Below are positions 9,874 through 18,531 of a stretch of DNA of 64,000 nt, piece after piece. The position numbers were made by a program, and so were the translations under genes. The DNA comes from a virus (taxonomy: Duplodnaviria; Caudoviricetes): positions 1 through 64,000 of the IMG/VR virus record IMGVR_UViG_3300027974_000031; one strand, given 5' to 3'. Each line of letters opens with the position of its first letter. Within the stretch, counting starts at the first letter, position 1. The notes under the pieces are model-generated. The model was not told where the DNA came from and made no database searches. It was given only the letters and a program-made list of their open reading frames with translations.

Positions 9874-10953
9874 ATGAATAATTATAAACTCTGCCCTCAA
9901 GGAAGAATATTAAAAGAAGATCATATCGAGACTATCATTACTTTATATAATGAAGGATTATCATTACCTAAAATAGCCAAGAGATTAAACATGAAAAGAT
10001 TTCAACCTATTGCTCAATTTTTAGATTTTAATGGCATTCGAACTATAGATAATAGAAATACTTATTTTGATAATAGACGTATAAGTGATAAACTTGACAA
10101 ATCTCTTATCTTGAAATTAATAAATGAAAAAAAGACCAGAAAAGAAATGGCTGTTATATGTGACACAACAGAATCTAATATTAAAAGATTCTTAAAAAGA
10201 AATAACATACGAATCGTAAAATTTGAAACAATTAATTATCGAAATGATTTAATACAACATAAAGAGGACATAATAAATTTCTATGAGAAATGTAAGCGTT
10301 TACAGAAAGTTTCAAAAAAATACCAGTGTACTCCAAATGCGCTTAGAGATTTTTTTCGAAGTATAAATTATAACTACAAAACCAATAATAATATAGATTT
10401 GACAAATCATTTAAAAGATATTAAAAATTTTTATTATAACGAAGATAAAAATTTATTAGAAATAGGACATATCTATAATTGCTCGTCTGTTAAAATTAAA
10501 TATTTTTTACTATCTAATAATTGTGTACTAAAAGATAAAAAAGATGTTTTAAAAAAGTTACGTATGTCAGAAAGTTTTCAAAGAAAATGCTTATCAGGAT
10601 TAGGTAAAAATAAAGAATATATCTTACCATCGGGAACCATAATAAAATTAAGAGGATATGAACCGAATTTTTTAAATTTTATTTTTAATAATAATCTATT
10701 AAAAGAAGATGATGTTATTTTTTATCCACAGAGAATTCTTTATGAATATAATAACAAAGAACATTATTATTATCCTGATTTCTTCATACCTAAATATAAT
10801 TTAATAGTTGAAACAAAATCTTCTTGGATAATGAAAAAACAAGGAATTGAGAAAACTCTTCAAAAAGAAAAATATACTATGAACCAAGGATTTCAATTTT
10901 TACTAATAATAGATAATAACTTTGAAAAAATAAAAGATATACTATCTAAATAA
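9874..10953 (+). CDS. free-standing PD-(D/E)XK endonuclease with N-terminal HTH repeats (putative homing endonuclease)
   Basis: RGYEP...YYPDFFIPKYNLIVETKS nuclease motif; several HTH-like units (LYNEGLSLPKIAKRL). Confidence 0.75.
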   Translation: MNNYKLCPQGRILKEDHIETIITLYNEGLSLPKIAKRLNMKRFQPIAQFLDFNGIRTIDNRNTYFDNRRISDKLDKSLILKLINEKKTRKEMAVICDTTESNIKRFLKRNNIRIVKFETINYRNDLIQHKEDIINFYEKCKRLQKVSKKYQCTPNALRDFFRSINYNYKTNNNIDLTNHLKDIKNFYYNEDKNLLEIGHIYNCSSVKIKYFLLSNNCVLKDKKDVLKKLRMSESFQRKCLSGLGKNKEYILPSGTIIKLRGYEPNFLNFIFNNNLLKEDDVIFYPQRILYEYNNKEHYYYPDFFIPKYNLIVETKSSWIMKKQGIEKTLQKEKYTMNQGFQFLLIIDNNFEKIKDILSK

Positions 10954-10961
10954 ATAAATTT

Positions 10962-11390
10962 ATGACTAAAAACTTTGATTTATTTGTAGAAAAATTAATA
11001 AATTCTTTCGAAGAATTACCTAGTACACGTCCGTATGGTTTCTGGATTAGTCCAAAAGGAAAAATATATAGTGTTATTACAATGGATCATGTAGGAGAAG
11101 GAAAAAATATAGTAAATTATTTTGAGCCAGAATTAAAAGAAGAATTTGAAAAATATCCTTATATATCAGAATTTTTAATAAAACAGGGAGTTCATGTATC
11201 AGATTTTTTAATAAAAAAAGGATTTTTAAGAACTGTTTTTATGGAAGATGAGATGCTTATAGATAACTATTACTATGATGTTGAGAAAAAAAAGAATATT
11301 AAACAGCCGCCTACCAATAAAGCTAAAAAAACTGCACAAGACATAGCTATATTCTATAACACAAAACCTGTTTTTACACAGATGGATTAA
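10962..11390 (+). CDS. hypothetical protein with CTS-like leader
   Basis: MTKNFDLFVEKLINSFEE; GFWISPKG...H motif; ATAAATA-N5-ATG. Confidence 0.75.
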   Translation: MTKNFDLFVEKLINSFEELPSTRPYGFWISPKGKIYSVITMDHVGEGKNIVNYFEPELKEEFEKYPYISEFLIKQGVHVSDFLIKKGFLRTVFMEDEMLIDNYYYDVEKKKNIKQPPTNKAKKTAQDIAIFYNTKPVFTQMD

Positions 11391-11429
11391 TATTAAAATA
11401 TTAATGTTAAAATATTGATAAATAAATAT

Positions 11430-11735
11430 ATGACTGAAAAATTTGATACTTTTGTAGAAAGCTTGCTTTTAGAACGTTATAAACGTTGCAAAGCATCAAC
11501 TCTTCCTGAACTTTCAGACAATCCTCGATATATTTTTTCTAAATGTGCTCCAAACCCATATACTTCTGGATTTAAAAGAATTTATTACTTAAGAAGAGGT
11601 GAACCACTTTCACTTAAAAAGTGTAAAACAAATCCTCGCGTAGGAACAGCTCGTTATGAAGAATGTCGTTTGGCTAAACTTGCATACATGAAAAGAATGG
11701 AAAGAAATAAAGCAATAGCTGAGAAACCAGATTAA
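11430..11735 (+). CDS. small basic Cys-containing protein with CTS-like leader
   Basis: Likely start at 11430 (MTEKFDTFVESLLLE), downstream of ATAAATA. Confidence 0.7.
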   Translation: MTEKFDTFVESLLLERYKRCKASTLPELSDNPRYIFSKCAPNPYTSGFKRIYYLRRGEPLSLKKCKTNPRVGTARYEECRLAKLAYMKRMERNKAIAEKPD

Positions 11736-11739
11736 GTTT

Positions 11740-12930
11740 ATGACAAGAAACTTTGACCAATTTTGTTCTAAATTTTTATTTGAATCTTCACGAAACAGTT
11801 GGAATCCTGAGCGATTTATGCGTGTTGTTCCGAGAGATTTATTTAATGAAGCAAAAATACTCTCAATGGTTAGTAAATTTGCCAAAGACGTTAATCAGGG
11901 TAAAATGCCAGGAGGATTTATCGGTAAACTTAATAAAAAATGGACCGTAGCATTATCGGAAGGTGGAGCACTTTATATTTCGGGATTTAATTTAACATAT
12001 AAAGGTCAAAAAGCAGATTTAACAATGAATTACAATGCTGGAAAAGAACATCGTTTTCCGTTACAAATAACTGTAGAAAATATGGATTTGTATAGTGCCA
12101 GTATTTATGACGAAAATGGAGAACTTGAGTCTGATATGAAACAATTTGAAGAAGCACCTGGTCCCGGTAAAATTGATATACCAGATTGGTCATCAACTAT
12201 TGAAGAATTGAAAAGACTCGGTAAAATTGGTTTAAATGACAATTCAGGTCTTATGCCAAAAGATGACTCAAGAGGCTTTGCAGATAGTTTCAGTAATGGT
12301 AAAATTAACAATATAAAGGTAAACAAGAATATCACTGAAAACTTTGATCAGTTTTGTTCTAGATTTTTATATGAATCTGTTAGTGATGACGAATATCTAA
12401 TGGCTGTTGATGCTGACGATATGGAAACGGCGCAAAAGATGGTGGATGAGGCGGCGCAGCGGGCAGGATATAGTGCAGAAGGATTCCACGGAACGCACAG
12501 AGATTTCACGGTATTTAATCGGCGGTTTGCATTAAAGGATCGCATCGGATTGAAACTAGATACCGTTGGCTCATGGTTCACAGATTCTTCCAATGTCGCC
12601 AAGCTTCTCTATGGGCCAAAGGTGATGCGCAGCTATCTGTCCTTGCGGAAGCCGCTTGTGTTTGACGGCATTGGAGGATTGCAGAACCTCAGGGATGAGG
12701 TGAGTGAAGCGCATGGTGATGTCGAAACATTCAGGGAATGGGCCAAGTCTAAGGGCTATGATGGCGTGGAGATTTCCGGCGACTTCGTTGATGGTGAACT
12801 TCAAACGATCAGGATTGTTTTCGACCCCAATCAAATCAAATCCGCCGATCCCGTCACCCGCGACGATCATGGCAATATCATTCCACTTTCACAAAGATTT
12901 GATTCTTCAAAAGACGATATTAGATATTAA
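11740..12930 (+). CDS. two-module fusion; C-terminal ADP-ribosyltransferase-fold domain (ART-PolyVal-like)
   Basis: Leader MTRNFDQFCSKFLFES and a second internal copy ITENFDQFCSRFLYES; C-terminal GFHGT..GSWFT..A..YG..SYL..GYDGV..VFDPNQIKS. Confidence 0.75.
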   Translation: MTRNFDQFCSKFLFESSRNSWNPERFMRVVPRDLFNEAKILSMVSKFAKDVNQGKMPGGFIGKLNKKWTVALSEGGALYISGFNLTYKGQKADLTMNYNAGKEHRFPLQITVENMDLYSASIYDENGELESDMKQFEEAPGPGKIDIPDWSSTIEELKRLGKIGLNDNSGLMPKDDSRGFADSFSNGKINNIKVNKNITENFDQFCSRFLYESVSDDEYLMAVDADDMETAQKMVDEAAQRAGYSAEGFHGTHRDFTVFNRRFALKDRIGLKLDTVGSWFTDSSNVAKLLYGPKVMRSYLSLRKPLVFDGIGGLQNLRDEVSEAHGDVETFREWAKSKGYDGVEISGDFVDGELQTIRIVFDPNQIKSADPVTRDDHGNIIPLSQRFDSSKDDIRY

Positions 12931-12986
12931 AAATAAATACCTTTATGACAAGAAACTTTGACCAATTTTGTAATTATATTCTAGAA
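12871..12986 (+). repeat. direct repeat copy 1 (ART 3' end + late promoter + leader)
   Basis: Near-identical to 13442..13557, sharing AATATCATTCCACTTTCA and AGATTTGATTCTTCAAAAGACGATATTAGATATTAAA. Confidence 0.9.
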
Positions 12987-13409
12987 AATAATATATCATT
13001 ACTGAAATTGGCTGAAAAAGATCAAGCGGGTAGAAATAAACTAGCACAATATTATAATAATCCAAAACTATCACAATTAACTTGGCAACAAAAATTAGAA
13101 CTTTTTAAAAAAGATAATAATATTCCATTAGAACAGGACGAAATATTTCCAAGTTTAACAAAATATGTTAAAAAAATAGTTAATAAACTAGATTTTGAAA
13201 ATTTAACCGACACAGATTGGAAGAATTTATTTCTTTTAGTGCAACACGCCGATGATGATATAAATTTTCAAAAACAAATGCTTCCGCAATTTTATAAAAA
13301 GTATGGTGAAAAGGGATACAAAACACCATATAAATATCTATATGATCGAATATCTTGCAACGAAAACGGAACACAGAAATATAATACACAAGATCTATGT
13401 GGACAATAA
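12945..13409 (+). CDS. DUF6624-like protein with CTS-like leader
   Basis: MTRNFDQFCNYILE; LLVQHAD..FQK...YLYDRI....QKYNTQ motif recalled from DUF6624. Confidence 0.65.
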   Translation: MTRNFDQFCNYILENNISLLKLAEKDQAGRNKLAQYYNNPKLSQLTWQQKLELFKKDNNIPLEQDEIFPSLTKYVKKIVNKLDFENLTDTDWKNLFLLVQHADDDINFQKQMLPQFYKKYGEKGYKTPYKYLYDRISCNENGTQKYNTQDLCGQ

Positions 13410-13441
13410 ACCTCGCTCATCATCAACCCCCCAACAATAGC

Positions 13442-13557
13442 GGAAATATCATTCCACTTTCAAGTAGATTTGATTCTTCAAAAGACGATATTAGATATTA
13501 AAGATAAATAACTTTATGACTGAAAATTTTGATCAATTTTGTAATTATGTTTTAGAA
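13442..13557 (+). repeat. direct repeat copy 2
   Basis: Encodes orphan peptide GNIIPLSSRFDSSKDDIRY*, a relic of the ART C-terminus. Confidence 0.9.
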
Positions 13558-13926
13558 GCTTGTTGGAAAGGCTATAAAAAAGTTGGAATGAAAAAGAAAG
13601 GAAAAAAACAAGTTCCTAATTGTGTTCCAGAAGAAACTGTTGAAGAAAAATCAACACCTGCATGGCAAAGAAAAGAAGGTAAAAATCCTTCTGGTGGTTT
13701 GAATAAAAAAGGTGTAGCTTCTTATAGAAAGGCAAATCCGGGTTCTAAACTTAAAACAGCAGTTACTACAAAACCTTCTAAACTTAAAAAAGGAAGCAAA
13801 GCTGCAAAACGCAGAAAGTCATTTTGCAGTCGTATGAAAGGTTTAAAAAAGAAACTCACATCAGCTAAGACTGCCCGTGATCCAGATAGCAGAGTAAATA
13901 AAAGTTTACGTAAGTGGAATTGTTAG
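13516..13926 (+). CDS. highly basic protein (DUF6321-like, T4-like phages) with CTS-like leader
   Basis: MTENFDQFCNYVLE; CWKGYKKVGMKKKGKKQVPNCVP; AWQRKEGKNPSGGLN...RRKSFCSRM...SLRKWNC. Confidence 0.75.
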   Translation: MTENFDQFCNYVLEACWKGYKKVGMKKKGKKQVPNCVPEETVEEKSTPAWQRKEGKNPSGGLNKKGVASYRKANPGSKLKTAVTTKPSKLKKGSKAAKRRKSFCSRMKGLKKKLTSAKTARDPDSRVNKSLRKWNC

Positions 13927-14570
13927 TTCGTAACTTCTACAACACTTCCATAATATCCTAAAATAGGATTTTCCATTGAGGAGTCAATGGATTTATGTGG
14001 AAATATTGTACATTTTACATGTTTAACATTATTAGTGACTTGGTTTTTCATATTAAATTCCGATTCAAAAGGAATATTACTCTGAATAGAATGTCTCCAT
14101 AAACTCCATACGTGCTCGCGGTCATCTTCGCTTATACAAATAAACCAACCGTTCATTTTTAACTGTTCAAGATCAAGTCCAGTGAAATTTATAAATGCTT
14201 TATTAGCCCATACTAAATTTCCAGATTTATCAAATTCTACCATACATGCTGTTAAGAAGTTTGATGCCATAAGTTTGCTACGTAATTCTGCTAAACGTGT
14301 ATTATCGTCAATACGAAGAATGCGATCCATAATAGACTTGCCACTATTTTTAGAAAATTCTTTACTAAGAGATTGAATTACAGGAAGAATTTCTTCGTGT
14401 ATAATTTTGTTATTAAACATTGTACTGTCTTCTATATTATCAATCTTTTTATAGATTTTCGTTATGGGTGATATAATCATTCTCCAACCACCATAAAGAA
14501 AACCTCCAATACCAATTAAGTAAGATGCAAATTCTAAAATTTTATTAATACCCTCTAATTCAAATGACAT
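13923..14570 (-). CDS. membrane-anchored PAS-domain protein
   Basis: Likely start 14570 after ATAAATA-N5; TM segment (FASYLIGIGGFLYGGW); PAS motif FDKSGNLVWANKAFINFTGL...GWF..ISEDDRE.V...W. Confidence 0.7.
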   Translation of the reverse strand: MSFELEGINKILEFASYLIGIGGFLYGGWRMIISPITKIYKKIDNIEDSTMFNNKIIHEEILPVIQSLSKEFSKNSGKSIMDRILRIDDNTRLAELRSKLMASNFLTACMVEFDKSGNLVWANKAFINFTGLDLEQLKMNGWFICISEDDREHVWSLWRHSIQSNIPFESEFNMKNQVTNNVKHVKCTIFPHKSIDSSMENPILGYYGSVVEVTN

Positions 14571-14592
14571 AATACTATTTATTATAGCTTTA

Positions 14593-17500
14593 TTATATCC
14601 CTGAAAATGGATCAAATAATGATACACTAATATTAACGTAAGATGAGATTAATGAACTAAGTGCAGTACTTATATTCTCGACTTTATTATTTTGATATTT
14701 AATAAAAACAGTATTATAAGAACTTGGAACAGATGAGTATGTTAAACCTTTGTCATTAACAACAAAATAGTTGTTTCCATAAACATCAGTTTTCCAATTC
14801 CAAATATCACCAGTTAAAGAAAGTTGAGAAGAGTACCAGTCATTTGAACAGTTTATATTATACTGATTACGATAATTTTTAAATATAACACTACTGTCCC
14901 ATTCTCCTGTTTGATAGTTCCATGGACTAAATTTTAAAGGAATTTGGTAAAGACCATAATAGTCTTTTCCGAATTTTTCATTTTCATTTATGTATGGAAT
15001 AAAAGTTTGTTTGCCTTCTGATAAAATCTTTCCTTGATTTTTACCTAAAGAAAAATCTGTAATATATTCAGAATTACTAATCTTTTTACCATAAGGCGGA
15101 TCAAAGTAATTATCTTTTCTATACACATTTATTCCTGAATTACTTGGAACAAATGCAGTTTCATTATCAAAAGTTTCATAACGATTCATTCCAATCCTTT
15201 TAGGAGAATAAAAATTAATTTCATTTACTGTTTTTAAGTTTGTTGTATTTTCTTGAACTACAAAGTTGGAACCATTTTGATTTAATAAATTTCTCCATGG
15301 TGTTTCAGGAGTTACATAAGAACCAGTAACAATTGGAACAATCATAGATTTCTCACCATTGGTAATATCATGTAAAGTTACATTTGCAGTAAAATTATTT
15401 TTAGCATAGTAGTTTATAAAGGCTGGAATACCACTTAGTTCTGTGTTAAAAACTATTGTAGAATCTAATGAGGTTGCTGTTAATCCAGTTTTTGTAGGAC
15501 TGCAAAAATGTTCACAACCACATTTTCTTAAAGAATCACAATCTGAAAAACATCTTGTTTGTTGAATGTAACAATTTGTTATTTCACTGTTAAGATAAGT
15601 TAAAACATCACTTTCAACACAACTGTCAAAAATTATTTCGTTCCATTTACGAACAGGAGATGAAACAGAAAAAGTAAACGTATCTTCCCAAATGAAACAT
15701 TGTGTTTGACAATTTCCGAATTTATATTCTATTACATCTTTATCAGATAATAATATTCTTGAAGCTTCTGGTTGTGTGATTTGAAGATAATCGTAAATTA
15801 TCTTAAATTCATTACCGTCTACAGATGTTTTTCTTGAAGATGATTCTGAGTCAAAATTCGCAATTCCCCAATAATTTTTTGTTGTGTTTATTGGTATTTT
15901 TATTAAGAAATTCACAGAGGGAACTGCATTAGAAAATTGAATAAAAGAAATGTTCGGATCATCACCAATGATTGATACATAATTTCCGCTTGTAGAAGTT
16001 ACTTCTACTCCATTGTATAAAAATCTTCTTTTACTTTCAGAAACAGTTTCTTTATGAGTGTATGTTAAAAAGTCACCAAAAAAGAGAGTCATATCAGAAA
16101 CGACTCCATCATCAATCCAAACACCATTTTCGTCTTTAACTGCTTTATACCACTGAGGAATATAAGATTGTTTTACACAATCTTCAATTGCTATGGTTCC
16201 GTTATTATATTTTTGATTTATGATAAAAAAAGGAGAATCGTAATCACAACTATTGACATCAGAACGATAATAAAAATATGATTTTCCTTTTTCTAAAATG
16301 AAATCTTCTCCTGTTTGTGCTTTCCAAACACCACTGCTCCAACCAATATCCTTTTCAACTAAATTGGATGGAAAGAATTTAGCAGAATCTTTGCTTGAAA
16401 TGTAATTTTTACCATCAGAACCAAGCCAATTTTTAGGGTTAAAAATTGACGGGTATCCAGTTTCTTTAACAATAAAGTCTGGAATAGTGTTATAATAGTT
16501 TAATAATGTTTTATCATGTCCAAAAGGAGAATATTGAATTGCTTGGCAAGAACATTTTTTCCATTTCTCAAAAACATCACGATTTTGTTCATTTAAGAAA
16601 TTAGTATCAACTATAGAAACAGAAAAATTTTCTCGTTTATAAGGACATGTGTCATCATGTTGAAATCCTGTAAATCCACGAACATTATTAATGTTTATAT
16701 CATCACCAGTCCATGTGAAACGCGATAATTTTCCACCATCACATTTGAATGATAAGCCTACTTGAGTACCACCGCTTAAAAATTCCCAATCTGTATAATA
16801 TACAGTTTGATCTGGTCTGCAACCACAAATATCAGTTTCAAATCGTGAGTAATACTTTAAAGGAACTGCTTTTAACCATGCACCTTCAACTTCATCGTTA
16901 CAAATATTTGTGTTACGAACAATAAAGTCTGATTCTTTAACTGTAGTGCCTGCTACTGCTCCACAGAATGCGTCAGAAACGCTTATAGATGATAAAGGTA
17001 TAGAATCACCTTGCTGATATAAGAAGAACAGTTCTGATGCATCGCTGTAGCGTTGAAGTGGATAATATATTTTGTTCTCACCAACTGTAATTGGAATTTG
17101 AGTTTGACGAAAATCGTATAACCAAGCAACTTGTAAATCTCCACTATAAATTTGTTTATTATTTGATTCAGCACTAACGTAAACTTTATCAGCATTAGAA
17201 AATTTGTTGCTTGCAAAACCGCTTTTTCCGAGATTTGTCTCTTGAAGATAAATTGGTTGAATTGTTGATATAGAAGAAAATGAACTCCAATAAGTTTTAC
17301 TAATGTTACTTTCAGTTTCTGTAAAGTCTTCTTCGGAAGGGAAAAATTTTTTATCAGATGGTATAGTGTCATTTAGTCCTGGACCACTCCATTCACCACC
17401 AAATGCTGATGTTCCAAAAAAAGGATATGGGAATTTGAATGTTTTACCATCAATTATTGTAGCAGACATACTACCTGATACAGTTACAAATGTGGTATCT

Positions 17501-18519
17501 TGTAACCATGCACCTTTTGTTTCTAAATTTCCTACATTTACAAAAATAAGATCAGAAACATCCATTGAACTACCACCAACAGCACCAGTCCAATCAACAT
17601 CTTCAATAGCAACATCTTTATAAATTCCTTCTGGAATATCAAAAACAGTTCTTCCGCTAAACCAGTAGAAAAAGTTATTTCCTTCTGCTAATGGAATGGT
17701 TAAATCTTTATAATCCTCTACATAATAACCACCAGAAAGATAAGATACATTAGTTGATAAATATATATCATATGCTTGTTGTAAAAGACTATCTACTGTT
17801 TCATTAGAAGGATCACATAGATAATTATTTTCTAAAGGATCAGCTTTTGCAGATGTTGATGTTGTGAACAAACTAAAACAAAGATCATTAAATGTACATG
17901 TGAATGGATTAATACTATTGGTTTCAATAAAATAATCTTTTGTATCATATAGTTCTTCAATCTCAATAGAGAAATCATTTTTAATTGATGATAACTCTGG
18001 CGATTGACTTATAAGAGGATTTTCATTAACAAAATTAGTTCTTTGATTTTTAGAAAACTTAGAAACAAGATTAGAATAAAGAATTTTCTCTAAACCATCA
18101 TATGAGCCGACGAGATTATATTCTAATTTTTTGTCTTTTAATTCTTGACGCTTTTTATTATAAAAAAGTGCAATGTCTTTAAGTTTTCTTGCATATGCGG
18201 GAATAGCAATACTTAAATCTGTACTAGATGTTACATCAATATTTTTATATCTCTCAAATTCCTCATCATTCTCGAATATAATTGAGAGTTTTTTAATTAA
18301 ATCAATATAATCATTTTTCAATTTGTTCGCTTTTACTTCATTAACTTTTTCTGTATTTTTATAAAAAGTTTGAAGATAATTTCGGTATTGAATTTCTGCC
18401 TCTGAAAACGCAATTCCTACATGACGAGAGTTCCATTCTATGAATGACATTGGAACACTCTGATTTTCAGGAGAAATATTGCGAGGTTCAGATATATTAT
18501 TTAAAATGATTGAAGGCAT
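14593..18519 (-). CDS. large Cys-rich putative virion protein
   Basis: 1308-aa ORF, late promoter TAAATA-N5-ATG, structural context. Confidence 0.7.
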   Translation of the reverse strand: MPSIILNNISEPRNISPENQSVPMSFIEWNSRHVGIAFSEAEIQYRNYLQTFYKNTEKVNEVKANKLKNDYIDLIKKLSIIFENDEEFERYKNIDVTSSTDLSIAIPAYARKLKDIALFYNKKRQELKDKKLEYNLVGSYDGLEKILYSNLVSKFSKNQRTNFVNENPLISQSPELSSIKNDFSIEIEELYDTKDYFIETNSINPFTCTFNDLCFSLFTTSTSAKADPLENNYLCDPSNETVDSLLQQAYDIYLSTNVSYLSGGYYVEDYKDLTIPLAEGNNFFYWFSGRTVFDIPEGIYKDVAIEDVDWTGAVGGSSMDVSDLIFVNVGNLETKGAWLQDTTFVTVSGSMSATIIDGKTFKFPYPFFGTSAFGGEWSGPGLNDTIPSDKKFFPSEEDFTETESNISKTYWSSFSSISTIQPIYLQETNLGKSGFASNKFSNADKVYVSAESNNKQIYSGDLQVAWLYDFRQTQIPITVGENKIYYPLQRYSDASELFFLYQQGDSIPLSSISVSDAFCGAVAGTTVKESDFIVRNTNICNDEVEGAWLKAVPLKYYSRFETDICGCRPDQTVYYTDWEFLSGGTQVGLSFKCDGGKLSRFTWTGDDININNVRGFTGFQHDDTCPYKRENFSVSIVDTNFLNEQNRDVFEKWKKCSCQAIQYSPFGHDKTLLNYYNTIPDFIVKETGYPSIFNPKNWLGSDGKNYISSKDSAKFFPSNLVEKDIGWSSGVWKAQTGEDFILEKGKSYFYYRSDVNSCDYDSPFFIINQKYNNGTIAIEDCVKQSYIPQWYKAVKDENGVWIDDGVVSDMTLFFGDFLTYTHKETVSESKRRFLYNGVEVTSTSGNYVSIIGDDPNISFIQFSNAVPSVNFLIKIPINTTKNYWGIANFDSESSSRKTSVDGNEFKIIYDYLQITQPEASRILLSDKDVIEYKFGNCQTQCFIWEDTFTFSVSSPVRKWNEIIFDSCVESDVLTYLNSEITNCYIQQTRCFSDCDSLRKCGCEHFCSPTKTGLTATSLDSTIVFNTELSGIPAFINYYAKNNFTANVTLHDITNGEKSMIVPIVTGSYVTPETPWRNLLNQNGSNFVVQENTTNLKTVNEINFYSPKRIGMNRYETFDNETAFVPSNSGINVYRKDNYFDPPYGKKISNSEYITDFSLGKNQGKILSEGKQTFIPYINENEKFGKDYYGLYQIPLKFSPWNYQTGEWDSSVIFKNYRNQYNINCSNDWYSSQLSLTGDIWNWKTDVYGNNYFVVNDKGLTYSSVPSSYNTVFIKYQNNKVENISTALSSLISSYVNISVSLFDPFSGI

Positions 18520-18531
18520 TTTAATATTTAC

